Of a stretch of DNA of 64,000 nucleotides, positions 10,046 to 20,898 are shown one piece after another. The stretch's first letter is position 1. Each line of letters begins with the position of its first letter. The position numbers and the translations under genes are program-made. Source of the stretch: an uncultured Cellvibrionales bacterium (GTDB lineage: Bacteria; Pseudomonadota; Gammaproteobacteria; Pseudomonadales; Porticoccaceae); the NCBI GenBank assembly GCA_913031145.1, contig CAJWCO010000010.1:5025-69024 (forward strand). The letters are read 5' to 3'. The notes beneath the pieces are model-generated. The model was not told the DNA's origin. It did no database searches and saw nothing but the letters and a program-made list of their open reading frames with translations.

Positions 10046-11176
10046 ATGGATCAAGCCGAATCAGAAATTAGTCGCGAAGCGTGGTACGCGTTGGCGGCCT
10101 CATGTATGCCTAGCTTCACGCCGGTGCGGCAGCATCAATTGCTTGCCTGCACGGAGACCTTTGAGCGACTTTTCACAGGTGAGAGTGTCGAATTTAACGA
10201 TGTCGTAAATTCGGAAATTCAACGTGTGCGAAGAGCGCTGCAAAATGATCATTTGCGTCGCGACATTGATTCTAAGATGACCGTGTGTGCTCACGTAAAA
10301 GCGCAACTAATTGCCGTAACAGAGCCCGAGTACCCAGTGCAATTAAAAGCGCTCGCGATGGCGCCCCCACTGCTATTCGTTTTGGGCGACCCTGTGGCTC
10401 TGCACTTGCCGCAATTGGCTGTCGTTGGGAGTCGCCGTATGACGCCTGTCGGTGCCAGTAACGCCAGAAATTGGAGTCGTAATTTAGCCGAGAGTGGTTT
10501 TACCCTGACCAGTGGTCTTGCACTTGGCATTGATGCAATCGCCCATAAGGCTGCTCTAGACGTACCGGGAGCAAGAACCGTCGCCGTGATGGCCACGGGT
10601 ATCGACATTATTTATCCTAGACGCCATAGTGAACTGGCGCAAAGGATTGAGGCATTGAGTAGTTGTTTGGTAACGGAATTTCTCCCGGCACAACAGGCAT
10701 TGCCGCGCCATTTTCCGCAACGCGACCGTCTGATTAGTGGGCTGAGTTTGGGCGTATTAGTGGTTGAGGCTGCGATGAAAAGCGGTTCCTTAATTACCGC
10801 GCGTCTTGGCATGGAGCAGAACAAAGAAGTTTTCGCGATTCCAGGCTCCGTTCACAACCCGCTAGCTCGCGGATGCCATTATTTGATCAAACAGGGCGCA
10901 CATCTTGTTGACACGGCCTCGGACATTACGGATCAGTTGCAAAGCGCGTTACAAGGACTTCGGCCATCTAAGTCTGAAGATCCCGCTAGCGTGATCTTGG
11001 CTCCGACACTGGCAGAATCACAATTGCTTGCAGTGATTGGGTATGAGCCGATCGATATTGATCATTTAACAGTGCTGAGTGGGTGTGAGGTGGCAGCTTT
11101 GTCAGCACTTTTGATAGGGCTTGAATTACGCGGTTTAGTCTCTCAAAAAGAAGGCCTTTATCATCGTTTTTGCTAG
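10046..11176 (+). CDS. dprA: DNA-processing protein DprA (Smf)
   Basis: 376 aa. DprA Rossmann-like core (VGSRR, GLALGIDAIAHKAAL, KSGSLITA). Divergent from def, as in most gammaproteobacteria. Confidence 0.9.
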   Translation: MDQAESEISREAWYALAASCMPSFTPVRQHQLLACTETFERLFTGESVEFNDVVNSEIQRVRRALQNDHLRRDIDSKMTVCAHVKAQLIAVTEPEYPVQLKALAMAPPLLFVLGDPVALHLPQLAVVGSRRMTPVGASNARNWSRNLAESGFTLTSGLALGIDAIAHKAALDVPGARTVAVMATGIDIIYPRRHSELAQRIEALSSCLVTEFLPAQQALPRHFPQRDRLISGLSLGVLVVEAAMKSGSLITARLGMEQNKEVFAIPGSVHNPLARGCHYLIKQGAHLVDTASDITDQLQSALQGLRPSKSEDPASVILAPTLAESQLLAVIGYEPIDIDHLTVLSGCEVAALSALLIGLELRGLVSQKEGLYHRFC

Positions 11177-11245
11177 GTTTCAGCGGTTGCGCTACCCAGC
11201 AAGTTCGGCTAATCTGCCCGACTAAATAGCAAGGGTGGATATTTA

Positions 11246-11755
11246 ATGAACAAAGCGTTTGTAGCAATTTTGATGGGCTCTGACTCGGACCTTCCTATGG
11301 TGGAAGCGGCTTTTCCCATATTCGATAAATTTGCAATTCCTTTTGAAGTTAAGGTGACTTCGGCGCACCGAACGCCTAAGGCGACTGCAGATTACGTGAT
11401 TGATGCTGATGCGCGCGGTTGTGCGGTCTTTATTTGTGCGGCTGGAATGGCTGCACACCTCGCTGGAGCGGTGGCCGCAATGACCTTAAAGCCAGTGGTG
11501 GGTGTTCCAATTAATGCGTCTCTAAACGGTTTGGACTCGCTCTTATCAACGGTTCAAATGCCTGCAGGTATTCCCGTGGCAACAGTCGCAATTGGTAAGG
11601 CAGGAGCAAAAAATGCAGCTTACTTAGCGGCGCAAATTATTGCGGTTGGCAATGATGAGTTGCGAGCAATATTAATTGAAGAACGCGCGGCTAATGCTCA
11701 AGCGGTTATCGAAAAAGATCAGGCTTTACAACAAAAGCTGGGCGTTCAGCGTTAG
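11246..11755 (+). CDS. purE: N5-carboxyaminoimidazole ribonucleotide mutase (class I PurE)
   Basis: 169 aa. Motifs MGSDSD, TSAHRTP and AGMAAHLAG. Confidence 0.93.
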   Translation: MNKAFVAILMGSDSDLPMVEAAFPIFDKFAIPFEVKVTSAHRTPKATADYVIDADARGCAVFICAAGMAAHLAGAVAAMTLKPVVGVPINASLNGLDSLLSTVQMPAGIPVATVAIGKAGAKNAAYLAAQIIAVGNDELRAILIEERAANAQAVIEKDQALQQKLGVQR

Positions 11756-12328
11756 GTGATGGATTGGCTGCACCGTCCGGAAATGGTTTACGCAGCGCAG
11801 GCAGTTAGAAATGGCGGAGTGGTGGCGTGTCCTACAGAGGGCGTTTGGGGCTTGAGTTGCGACGTGCGTTGCGAAGATGCAGTTCGGCGCATACTTGGTC
11901 TTAAGGGGCGGCCGTCGCACAAAGGTTTGATACTTATTACCGACCATGTAGACCGGCTGACACCATATGTCGGGGATTTAAGCGCGCAACAGTGGGCGCT
12001 CGTTCGGCGCAAGCCGAATCTGCGGGTGACCACTTGGCTGGTTCCACTTAATAACGATACGCCCAGTCTGATAACGGGCGAACACTCGAAATTGGCTGTC
12101 AGAGTGACGGCGCACCCTCCGGCCACCGCTCTTTGCGCATTGGTTGCCGCCCCATTAGTCTCTACGTCTGCTAATACAGCGGGGTGTCCAGCGGCCAAAA
12201 CCCGCGCGGAGGTATTAGCGTATTTTGGAGATAGTCTTGATTACGTGGCTCCTGGTTCCGTTGGTGGGGCTGGAGCTCCTAGCGAAATACGGGACATTTT
12301 GACGAGCGAGGTGGTGCGCGCACAATGA
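11756..12328 (+). CDS. tsaC: Threonylcarbamoyl-AMP synthase, Sua5/YrdC family
   Basis: 190 aa. YrdC-fold motifs ([16 protein letters not shown]). GTG/ATG start lies immediately after the purE stop. Confidence 0.85.
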   Translation: MMDWLHRPEMVYAAQAVRNGGVVACPTEGVWGLSCDVRCEDAVRRILGLKGRPSHKGLILITDHVDRLTPYVGDLSAQQWALVRRKPNLRVTTWLVPLNNDTPSLITGEHSKLAVRVTAHPPATALCALVAAPLVSTSANTAGCPAAKTRAEVLAYFGDSLDYVAPGSVGGAGAPSEIRDILTSEVVRAQ

Positions 12329-13230
12329 CCAAACCAGACAAAGAAGGCGTGAAAACTTACCTTGCGAGTCTTCAAGACAGTTTGTGCAGGGCTTTTGATG
12401 ATGAAGGTCGGCATGTTTGGGCTGAGGACAAATGGGAGCGGGAGGGTGGTGGTGGTGGTCGAAGCCGCGTGCTCACAGATTCAGCGATTATGGAAAAAGC
12501 AGGGATCAATATCTCCCACATTAGCGGTAGTTCACTGCCAGCCTCGGCCACAACGCATCGCCCAGAGCTTGCCGGCCGTCGCTTTGAGGCGATGGGTCTG
12601 TCGTTGGTTATGCATCCGCGTAATCCGTATGTGCCGACGGCCCATGCGAACGTGCGATTTTTTACGGCGGAGCGACCGGGCGCTGACCCTGTATGGTGGT
12701 TTGGTGGCGGTTATGACTTGACGCCTTACTATGGCAATATCGAGGATTGTTGTCATTGGCACCGCACGGCAAAAGCGGCTTGCGACCCATTTTCTGAAGA
12801 ACTGTATCAGCGGTTTAAAAAGGCCTGCGACGACTATTTTTTCTTGCCGCATCGCAAAGAAGCGCGGGGTATTGGCGGGTTATTTTTTGATGATTTTAAT
12901 GCGTTGGGATTTGACCAGAGCTTTGCTTTTATGCGGAGCGTTGGCGATAGCTTTTTAATGGCGTATTGGCCGATTGTTGAGCGCAGGCTTGGGCAGGTTT
13001 ATGGAGAGCGGGAGCGTCAATTTCAGCTCTATCGCCGAGGTCGTTATGTTGAGTTTAATTTGGTGCATGATCGTGGTACTTTATTTGGCTTGCAGACAGG
13101 AGGGCGCACAGAGTCGATTCTCATGTCCCTGCCGCCAACCGCGAATTGGGTATACAACTGGCACCCTGAAAAAGGTAGTGCCGAGGCGGACCTTTACGAC
13201 ACCTATTTACCCCCGCGAGATTGGGTGTAG
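12325..13230 (+). CDS. hemF: Oxygen-dependent coproporphyrinogen III oxidase
   Basis: 301 aa. Motifs [13 protein letters not shown] and [15 protein letters not shown]. Confidence 0.93.
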   Translation: MTKPDKEGVKTYLASLQDSLCRAFDDEGRHVWAEDKWEREGGGGGRSRVLTDSAIMEKAGINISHISGSSLPASATTHRPELAGRRFEAMGLSLVMHPRNPYVPTAHANVRFFTAERPGADPVWWFGGGYDLTPYYGNIEDCCHWHRTAKAACDPFSEELYQRFKKACDDYFFLPHRKEARGIGGLFFDDFNALGFDQSFAFMRSVGDSFLMAYWPIVERRLGQVYGERERQFQLYRRGRYVEFNLVHDRGTLFGLQTGGRTESILMSLPPTANWVYNWHPEKGSAEADLYDTYLPPRDWV

Positions 13231-13292
13231 GCAGAGAGGTATTGGGTTCATTTGAGTCACTTGTTGGTAGAGAGTAACAAGGGTGTTCAACT

Positions 13293-14114
13293 ATGCGGGA
13301 TCAATACGCGGTGTTTGGGAATCCAGTCGATCACAGTCGCTCGCCAATGATACATGCGGCGTTTGCTCAGCAGACGCAGCAGGCGCTCGATTACCGTTCA
13401 GAGTGTGTGGCCATGAGTGACTTTTCTCGATGTGTCACCCATTTTTTTTCGGTGGGCGGGCGCGGTGCGAACGTGACCGTGCCGTTTAAATTAGACGCTT
13501 GGGATTATGCAGATCAATTGACTAGCCGTGCTAAGGCCGCGGGTGCGGTAAACACGCTGTCGTGTCTTGAGGACGGTACCATACGCGGTGATAACACTGA
13601 CGGCGTTGGCTTGGTGACCGATTTGCTCGATAACCTGCGATGGCCAATTCGGGATCGGCGCGTGCTCATGTTGGGAGCGGGGGGTGCGGTGCGTGGTGTA
13701 TTGGCAGCATTAATGGCGCAGCAACCCAAGCGCCTTACCATCGCCAACCGGACAGTCGAAAAGGCCGCTGCCTTGGCCGCACGTTTTCCACAGCATAATG
13801 AGGTTATAGGCTGTGATTATAACGCGCTAGAGACGCAGCAGTTTGATTTGGTTATTAACGGTACAAGTGTAAGTTTGGCTGGGGGAATGCTGAGTTTGCC
13901 GTCAAATTTATTGGCGAGTCAGGACGGGTGTTGTTATGACATGATGTATGCCGCTCAACCAACCGGTTTTATGCGTTGGGGTCAGCAATGTGGTGCCGAA
14001 ATAAGTGACGGCTTGGGGATGTTGGTAGAACAGGCGGCGGAATCTTTCTTTGTCTGGCGAAATGCGCGTCCCGAAACCTCGGCAGTGATCAAACATGTGC
14101 GAGCGGCTCTGTGA
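13293..14114 (+). CDS. aroE: Shikimate dehydrogenase
   Basis: 273 aa. Motifs VFGNPVDHSRSP, NVTVPFK and LGAGGA. Confidence 0.92.
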   Translation: MRDQYAVFGNPVDHSRSPMIHAAFAQQTQQALDYRSECVAMSDFSRCVTHFFSVGGRGANVTVPFKLDAWDYADQLTSRAKAAGAVNTLSCLEDGTIRGDNTDGVGLVTDLLDNLRWPIRDRRVLMLGAGGAVRGVLAALMAQQPKRLTIANRTVEKAAALAARFPQHNEVIGCDYNALETQQFDLVINGTSVSLAGGMLSLPSNLLASQDGCCYDMMYAAQPTGFMRWGQQCGAEISDGLGMLVEQAAESFFVWRNARPETSAVIKHVRAAL

Positions 14115-14127
14115 GTGGCTAGCATTG

Positions 14128-14667
14128 CTATCGCTCCGCTAAATAACGGTCTTTAAGTTTTACGTAATTCGCGGCGGTGTAACTAAAAAACGCTTTTTCA
14201 TCGCTTGTGATGGGCCGCAGGGTTCTACATGGATTGCCGACGTAAACAAATCCGCTAGTTAGCTTTTTACCCGGCGGAACCACACTGCCAGCGCCGATAA
14301 TGACTTCTGGGTCAATCTCTGCGCCATCATTGACGATCGCTCCGTTACCCACCAGAATACGGTCTTTAATCGTGCAACCATGCAGTATAGCGCCATGCCC
14401 AACCACGACATCAGCGCCAATTGTGAGTGGCCAGCCCTGGGGATTGAAGTCGCTCGCATGCGTTATGTGTAACACGGCGTTGTCTTGGATGTTCGAGCGA
14501 GCCCCAATGCGGATGCTGTGCATATCGCCGCGGATGACCGCCCCTGGCCATACTGAACAGTCATCGTCCAGCCAGACATTCCCGATGACAGTGGCCGCAA
14601 TATCTATGTAGACCCTTTGGCCGAGCTTGGGGGCATGCCCACGGTGAGAGCGAATTGAAAAATCCAT
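14128..14667 (-). CDS. yrdA: Gamma-carbonic-anhydrase-like hexapeptide-repeat protein (YrdA family)
   Basis: Track ORF 14128..14730 was trimmed to Met-22, giving MDFSIRSHRGHAPKLGQRVYID... (parallels the E. coli YrdA N-terminus). It has left-handed beta-helix hexapeptide repeats. Confidence 0.85.
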   Translation of the reverse strand: MDFSIRSHRGHAPKLGQRVYIDIAATVIGNVWLDDDCSVWPGAVIRGDMHSIRIGARSNIQDNAVLHITHASDFNPQGWPLTIGADVVVGHGAILHGCTIKDRILVGNGAIVNDGAEIDPEVIIGAGSVVPPGKKLTSGFVYVGNPCRTLRPITSDEKAFFSYTAANYVKLKDRYLAER

Positions 14668-14717
14668 AACACCAGTGTAACTCGTAAACCCAGTGCCGTC
14701 TGTAGGATATACAACCA

Positions 14718-14960
14718 ATGACTTTTTCAACGACGAAGCGTTTTATAGCCGGAGTGACATGTCCCAAGTGTGCTGCTTTGGACAAAGTGCAGGGATTCTC
14801 TGTGGATGGGGTCGATTTCCGTGCGTGCATTGCATGCGATTATACCGACGAGCTTCGAGTGAATTCTCCGCCGCGCGAAATTCAAACGCGAGTTAACGTG
14901 CCCGAGCAAGACCCAGCACAACGAGTGGATCCCATTAAATTGATTGACCCCCAGAAGTAG
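14718..14960 (+). CDS. yheV: YheV-like small zinc-ribbon protein
   Basis: 80 aa with two Cys pairs (CPKC ... CIAC). Confidence 0.6.
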   Translation: MTFSTTKRFIAGVTCPKCAALDKVQGFSVDGVDFRACIACDYTDELRVNSPPREIQTRVNVPEQDPAQRVDPIKLIDPQK

Positions 14961-15273
14961 TGTATTTTTTGGATGAATGTTTCAATTTCATGCAGGATCC
15001 AAATAAGGCGGCTTACGTCATGATGTGGTGTGCGTTAGGCAAGCTGACAAAAAAAAGTGAATTTAGCTTTCTTAGATACAACTAGTAAAGGAATTGTTCC
15101 GTAATGAACTTTGAGCGAGACAGGGCTAATGGGCGCTCCATGGTTGTATGCGCGCACAAACTGGCTAGAGAATTCTGGGAAGGTTTGGTACACTGCCGCC
15201 CGCACTACGCGATAGGACATTTATCGCCTCGGAAACAACTCACGCGGATGCCCCCAGACAATTTACCACGGAG

Positions 15274-16449
15274 ATGATCACGATGTTGAAAAGAGCGCCA
15301 GCACTTTTCTCGAGTTTGATAGCGACCACTACACTCATGTTTTACAACGGAGTATTTGCCAAAGCGGGCGATGACAGCGAGGTCGGCGGAGGCTTGGGTC
15401 AGTTGAATATGCCGCAGGGCGTGACTGATGTGAGTGAAGCGGCTTTTGAAGTTCACATGTTAATGATGTGGATTTGCACGGTAATTGGCGTGATTGTCTT
15501 TGGGTTCATGTTTTACGTGATGTATGCGCACCGCAAGTCTCGCGGTGTTGAAGCAGCCAACTTTCATGAGCATCTGGGTGTGGAGATTGCTTGGACGGTA
15601 GTCCCCGCGCTCATTTTGATCGGCATGGCAATACCTGCAACGTCTGCGTTATTAAAGGTTTACGACACCGATAATCCAGACATTGACATCAAAGTTACGG
15701 GCTATCAATGGAAGTGGCAATACGAGCACCTTGGCGCAGGCATCAAGTATATGAGCGAAATGCGCACGTCACAGGACGAAATATGGGGCCGAGAACCGAA
15801 GGGTGAGCATTACCTGCGCGAAGTGACGCAACCGTTGGTGATTCCGGCGAACAAAAAAGTCCGCTTTTTGATTACCGGGAACGACGTGATTCATTCGTGG
15901 TGGGTTCCGGATTTTGGTGTTAAGCGTGATGCGGTGCCCGGGCTGTTCACCGCCGCTTGGGCGCGGGTCGAAAAACCGGGTCTATATGTGGGCGAATGTA
16001 CGGAGCTATGTGGAAAAGGACACGCTTTCATGCCCGTGGTTGTTGAAGTTAAGGAAGAAGCGGACTACAACATCTGGCTGACAGAAAAGAAAGAAGAGGC
16101 CGCTGTCTATGCATCCACCATCGGTAAGCAGTGGAGCCATGCCGAGTTAATGGAGAAGGGAGAGAAGGTATATCAGATATCGTGCGCGGGCTGTCATCAG
16201 CCTAGCGGTGACGGTATTGCTGGCGTTTTTCCTGCGGTTAATGGCAGCGCCATTGTAAACGGGCCTGCGGACGGCCACATTGGTATTTTGATTAACGGTG
16301 TCGCCGGTTCTGCAATGCAATCGTTCGCAGACCAGCTGTCAGAGGTAGATATCGCGGCAGTCATTCATTACAAACGACACTCATGGGGGAATAATGTAGG
16401 CGACCTTATTCAACCCGCAGATGTACTAAATTTCAAGAATGCGCAATAG
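15274..16449 (+). CDS. coxB: Cytochrome c oxidase subunit II with C-terminal cytochrome c domain (caa3-type)
   Basis: 391 aa. Two TM helices, CuA site (HSWWVP ... CTELCGKGHAFM), and a C-terminal CAGCH haem-c motif. Confidence 0.93.
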   Translation: MITMLKRAPALFSSLIATTTLMFYNGVFAKAGDDSEVGGGLGQLNMPQGVTDVSEAAFEVHMLMMWICTVIGVIVFGFMFYVMYAHRKSRGVEAANFHEHLGVEIAWTVVPALILIGMAIPATSALLKVYDTDNPDIDIKVTGYQWKWQYEHLGAGIKYMSEMRTSQDEIWGREPKGEHYLREVTQPLVIPANKKVRFLITGNDVIHSWWVPDFGVKRDAVPGLFTAAWARVEKPGLYVGECTELCGKGHAFMPVVVEVKEEADYNIWLTEKKEEAAVYASTIGKQWSHAELMEKGEKVYQISCAGCHQPSGDGIAGVFPAVNGSAIVNGPADGHIGILINGVAGSAMQSFADQLSEVDIAAVIHYKRHSWGNNVGDLIQPADVLNFKNAQ

Positions 16450-16470
16450 AGTAACATAGGAGCGATTGAT

Positions 16471-18105
16471 ATGGCACACGGTCCCGCGAAGGGTTTAGGG
16501 CGTTGGTTATTTACCACCAATCATAAGGACATTGGTACACTTTACTTGCTTTTCAGTTTTGCAATGTTTTTGCTGGGAGGCGCTTTTGCGATGATTATAC
16601 GCGCCGAGCTGTTTCAGCCAGGCATGCAGCTAATCGAGCCCGAATTCTTTATCCAGATGACCACGATGCATGGCTTGGTTATGGTGTTTGGCGCCATTAT
16701 GCCGGCTTTTGTTGGCTTGGCTAACTGGATGATCCCCCTGATGATTGGCGCGCCAGACATGGCCCTCCCGCGGATGAATAACCTGAGTTTTTGGATCCTT
16801 CCATTCGCATTTGCTATTCTGGTTTCGACCCTTTTCATGGAAGGTGGCGGGCCCAATTTTGGCTGGACTTTTTATGCGCCGCTTTCGACAACTTATGCGC
16901 CCGATTCCGTTAACTATTTTATTTTTAGTATGCACATTATGGGCGCCTCATCCATTATGGGCTCGATCAATATCATCGCCACAGTTATGAACATGCGGGC
17001 GCCGGGCATGACGTATATGAAGATGCCACTGTTCGTCTGGACCTGGCTGATTACTGCGTTTTTGCTTGTGGCAGTGATGCCGGTACTTGCCGGTGCGGTG
17101 ACGATGATGTTAATGGATATCAACTTCGGTACGAGTTTCTTCAATGCCGCAGGCGGTGGAGACCCGGTCCTCTTTCAACACGTCTTTTGGTTTTTTGGTC
17201 ATCCCGAGGTGTACATTATCATTCTGCCTGCCTTCGGTGTTGTGTCGCAAATTATTCCCACGTATAGTCGAAAGCCGTTGTTTGGTTATTCGTCAATGGT
17301 GTATGCGACCGCGGCGATCGCGTTCTTGTCCTTTGTGGTCTGGGCGCATCACATGTTCACAGTGGGTATGCCGATCGCGGGCGAGCTGTATTTCATGTAT
17401 GCCACAATGCTGATTGCTGTTCCAACGGGCGTGAAAGTCTTTAATTGGATCACCACAATGTATCGCGGGGCGCTTACTTACGAAACACCCATGCTGTTCA
17501 GTATCGCTTTCGTGATCTTGTTTACCTTTGGGGGATTCACGGGTCTGATGTTATCCGTGGCAGCCGCTGATATCCAGTATCACGATACATATTTCGTGGT
17601 TGCTCACTTTCATTATGTCATGGTCGCGGGCGCTGTATTTAGTGGAACTGCGGCGGTCTACTATTGGCTGCCTAAATGGTGCGGTCGAATGTATGACGAA
17701 ACCATGGGTAAGGTGCAGTTTTGGGTGGCCTTCATTGCGTTTAACATTACCTTTATGCCGCAGCATTTTTTGGGTTTGGCGGGTATGCCGAGACGATATT
17801 CCGACTATGGCTTGCAGTTTACAGACTGGAATATGGTCTCGAGCGTTGGTGCGTTTCTCTACGGGGGTGCTCAGTTGTTACTGTTGTACAACATCGTTAG
17901 AACCGTCAAGTATGGTCAGCTTATAGACGATCCTAAAGTGTGGGAAGGCGCAATAGGCCTCGAGTGGCTTGTCCCGACGCCCGCTCCTTATCACACGTTT
18001 GTGAAGCCGCCGGTTATCAAAGAAGGAGCGGTAGGGGCCGAAGAGTGGCTTATTGACGAAACGCCCTCCTATGCGTCTTATAAAACCGTCACTGATGCGG
18101 GCTAA
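16471..18105 (+). CDS. ctaD: Cytochrome c oxidase subunit I
   Basis: 544 aa. Motifs WFFGHPEVYI and HHMF(T)VGM; 12-TM haem-copper oxidase core. Confidence 0.97.
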   Translation: MAHGPAKGLGRWLFTTNHKDIGTLYLLFSFAMFLLGGAFAMIIRAELFQPGMQLIEPEFFIQMTTMHGLVMVFGAIMPAFVGLANWMIPLMIGAPDMALPRMNNLSFWILPFAFAILVSTLFMEGGGPNFGWTFYAPLSTTYAPDSVNYFIFSMHIMGASSIMGSINIIATVMNMRAPGMTYMKMPLFVWTWLITAFLLVAVMPVLAGAVTMMLMDINFGTSFFNAAGGGDPVLFQHVFWFFGHPEVYIIILPAFGVVSQIIPTYSRKPLFGYSSMVYATAAIAFLSFVVWAHHMFTVGMPIAGELYFMYATMLIAVPTGVKVFNWITTMYRGALTYETPMLFSIAFVILFTFGGFTGLMLSVAAADIQYHDTYFVVAHFHYVMVAGAVFSGTAAVYYWLPKWCGRMYDETMGKVQFWVAFIAFNITFMPQHFLGLAGMPRRYSDYGLQFTDWNMVSSVGAFLYGGAQLLLLYNIVRTVKYGQLIDDPKVWEGAIGLEWLVPTPAPYHTFVKPPVIKEGAVGAEEWLIDETPSYASYKTVTDAG

Positions 18106-18112
18106 CTAACCT

Positions 18113-18670
18113 ATGTCGCACGTTGTCAGTAATAAACCGTTGCTAATCAAGCTCGCCCTCATGGTAGTGGCGATGTTTGCCTTCGCCGTGTTTGTGATGC
18201 CTCCTTTATATACTCTGCTATGCGATATTTTAGGCGTTGGGGGTAAGACAGGGTCTGAGTATCAAGCTGTGGAAACTAAAGTTGATACATCGCGCACCGT
18301 CGACGTGCAATTTGTAACGATGAAAAATGCAACGATGCCTTGGGAATTTCGCCCCAACCAAACAAGCGTTTCAGTGCACCCAGGGGAAGCGACAACCGTT
18401 TCTTTTTATGCGCACAATCGAACCGGTGAGGACATGGTTGGGCAGGCTATTCCTAATCTTGTCCCATTTAACGTCGCCGAATATTTTCACAAGACCGAGT
18501 GTTTTTGTTTCAATAGCCAACCGTTGGCCTCGGGTGAAGAGGCCGATTTAGAACTGGTTTTTGTGGTGGATCCCGATTTGCCCCCGAGCGTAAATTCTTT
18601 GACCTTGTCTTATACAATATTTGACATAACGGACCGCAGTTCACCACAGGTTGCACAGGTTACCAATTGA
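18113..18670 (+). CDS. ctaG: Cytochrome c oxidase assembly protein CtaG/Cox11
   Basis: 185 aa. N-terminal TM helix plus the Cox11 copper motif ECFCF. Confidence 0.92.
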   Translation: MSHVVSNKPLLIKLALMVVAMFAFAVFVMPPLYTLLCDILGVGGKTGSEYQAVETKVDTSRTVDVQFVTMKNATMPWEFRPNQTSVSVHPGEATTVSFYAHNRTGEDMVGQAIPNLVPFNVAEYFHKTECFCFNSQPLASGEEADLELVFVVDPDLPPSVNSLTLSYTIFDITDRSSPQVAQVTN

Positions 18671-18705
18671 AGCAGTAAGTAGCGTATTTATTTTGGAGAG
18701 AAATC

Positions 18706-19683
18706 ATGGCATCAGAAGGCACTTATTACGTTCCTGAACAGAGTAAATTGCCGATATTTTGTGCCGCAGCGATGGGTGTCATGGCCTTTGGCGCAGCTAG
18801 TTGGGTTATTGAAGGCGGTGATCCATTTATCTTCTTGTGCGGCCTAGCGCTAATGACAGTTGTCATGTGGCAATGGTGGAGCCTTGTCATCGACGAAAAT
18901 ATGCAAGGGTTGGCTGACGAGCAACTAAAACATTCTTATGTTTTAGGAATGTTGTGGTTTATCTTTTCCGAGGTCATGTTTTTCGCCGCTTTCTTCGGCG
19001 CCCTCTTTTATGTTAGATTTTTCGTCAACGCTTGGATTGGTGGTGAAGCCTCCTTCGGAATGTTCGATAACACCCCGACGGACGCGGCGGTTGCCAATAA
19101 CGAGCTGTTGTGGACGGGTTATGAACGTCAGTGGCCGGTAATGGAAACGCCGGATCAAGCAGTGAACGGGGAAAGTGCGCTTTTCAAAGGGCCGGATCGC
19201 AGCATGAGCTTGCCACTTTGGGAGTATCCGGTCAGTCAGTGGCTGTCTAAGCTCTACACGCTATTGCCCTGGTTGCCTTTATGGAACACGGTCATTCTCT
19301 TAACATCTAGCTTTACCGTACATGTGGCGCATAACGGACTTAAAGCCGGGGACCGTGCGGTATTTTTACGTTATCTGGGTATTACGGTCATGCTGGGGTT
19401 CCTGTTTCTGGGTTTGCAGGTAGCAGAGTACTACGAAGCGTACGCGCATTACGGCTTGACCCTTGAGTCAGGAATTTACGGGACCACCTTTTTTATGCTC
19501 ACCGGATTTCATGGTGCGCACGTGACGTTGGGTACCGTAATGTTACTCATCCAGCTTGTCCGAGGGATGAAAGGGCAATTCAGTCAAGATGATCAGTTTG
19601 GCTTTGAGGCCGCGTCCTGGTATTGGCACTTTGTCGATGTCGTTTGGCTGGGCTTATTTCTTGTCGTCTACATATTTGGGTAG
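18706..19683 (+). CDS. coxC: Cytochrome c oxidase subunit III
   Basis: 325 aa. Subunit III motifs (FFMLTGFHGAHV, ASWYWHFVDVVW). Confidence 0.9.
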   Translation: MASEGTYYVPEQSKLPIFCAAAMGVMAFGAASWVIEGGDPFIFLCGLALMTVVMWQWWSLVIDENMQGLADEQLKHSYVLGMLWFIFSEVMFFAAFFGALFYVRFFVNAWIGGEASFGMFDNTPTDAAVANNELLWTGYERQWPVMETPDQAVNGESALFKGPDRSMSLPLWEYPVSQWLSKLYTLLPWLPLWNTVILLTSSFTVHVAHNGLKAGDRAVFLRYLGITVMLGFLFLGLQVAEYYEAYAHYGLTLESGIYGTTFFMLTGFHGAHVTLGTVMLLIQLVRGMKGQFSQDDQFGFEAASWYWHFVDVVWLGLFLVVYIFG

Positions 19684-19790
19684 CAACGGCGTTGGTTTCA
19701 GCGCGGGGTCTGGCAGTTGGAGTTGGATGGAGGCTCAGGGTCGAAGCGGGATCCAGGTATTGACGAGAGTGAGAGACTTTACACTCCCCG

Positions 19791-20081
19791 TCAGTTGGCC
19801 TCGTTGACTTCTTCCTCACTCTCTTGAATAACGTCAAGATTCCCCGGTGACGCCATACTTGGATGCATCTCTCGGTCCCACGGTGCTTGGCTTTTAATCT
19901 GTCCAGTGTAAGCGCCATAAATAATTGTTAACAGGAGTGCTGCGGCCAAGCTAATACGAATGCCCAGCGCTCTCAATAAGCGCTTTTTAGGATCTCCAAG
20001 ATCTTTGACTAAAAAATTGAGGCCGCTGAATAAGCTCGCTACAACGGCGAAAAAAAGTATAACGATGATAACCTTTAACAT
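19791..20081 (-). CDS. Small two-TM membrane protein (DUF2909-like) associated with cox clusters
   Basis: 96 aa with two hydrophobic helices and an acidic tail. As I recall, Pseudomonas cox clusters have a gene in the same position and orientation. Confidence 0.6.
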   Translation of the reverse strand: MLKVIIVILFFAVVASLFSGLNFLVKDLGDPKKRLLRALGIRISLAAALLLTIIYGAYTGQIKSQAPWDREMHPSMASPGNLDVIQESEEEVNEAN

Positions 20082-20124
20082 GGTGATTTTTTGCCTGTTC
20101 TATAGTCGGGGAATTTAAACACAT

Positions 20125-20898
20125 ATGAGTGCAAATCCCCAATTAGCGGCTAAAAATTTTTACTGGCAACCCAACGTAAAGACGATAATCTTAGTTGTTG
20201 TCTGCACGCCTTTTTTAATGGCGCTCGGCATGTGGCAGCTTTCGCGCGCAGAAGAGAAACGCGTTATAGAATCGCGATTTCAGTACAATCAGCAAGCGAG
20301 CCCCATGCAAGCAACGGATCTTTACGAGAAAGGAGATTGGCAATACCGGCCAGCTTGGTTGCGAGGAACGTTAGATCCTGCAAAGCGCGTATTTTTGGAC
20401 AATCGCGTGCGTCACAACCGTGCCGGTTATGAAATATTGGAAGTGCTTACATTGCCAAACGACGACCATCGCGTGCTGGTCAATCGGGGATGGTTTCCGG
20501 CACCTCTTGATCGCAATAAACTTCCGACACCGCCGAGTGTTCACGAGACAATCCAATTGCGCGGATTTTTATATCGTAACCTGCCGGGCGGTTATGTTTT
20601 GGACGACGGGATTACAAAACCCGAGCAATGGCCTGTTCGACTTGGTTGGATCTCCGTAGAGAGAGCCAGCGAGTTATTCAACATGCGCTTTCATACTTAT
20701 CAACTGCGTCTCGATCGTGATTCGGCGGCGGCCTTAGAAACGGGATGGCCGACCGTTGCCGTACAACCTCATAAACACACGGCGTATGCGGTGCAGTGGT
20801 TTACGATGGCTTTCGTTCTGCTAGTTATGGGTGTATTCGCTTCTTCCAATTTGGGAAGTTGTATAAAAACTTTTTTTCGGAGACGACCGCATGATTGA
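20125..20898 (+). CDS. SURF1/Shy1 cytochrome oxidase biogenesis protein
   Basis: 257 aa. N- and C-terminal TM helices. Motifs LGMWQLSRAEEK and VNRGWFP. Confidence 0.88.
   Translation: MSANPQLAAKNFYWQPNVKTIILVVVCTPFLMALGMWQLSRAEEKRVIESRFQYNQQASPMQATDLYEKGDWQYRPAWLRGTLDPAKRVFLDNRVRHNRAGYEILEVLTLPNDDHRVLVNRGWFPAPLDRNKLPTPPSVHETIQLRGFLYRNLPGGYVLDDGITKPEQWPVRLGWISVERASELFNMRFHTYQLRLDRDSAAALETGWPTVAVQPHKHTAYAVQWFTMAFVLLVMGVFASSNLGSCIKTFFRRRPHD

Noticed and set aside
11246-11755. purE without adjacent purK, inserted between dprA and tsaC
   Set aside because: Class I PurE motifs are intact and purK is commonly unlinked. This is a synteny curiosity only.
18706-19683. Cox subunit III seems ~30 aa longer than typical, with an extended loop around residues 105-185
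   Set aside because: I am comparing from memory of homologue lengths only and cannot align without tools. The conserved helices are intact.
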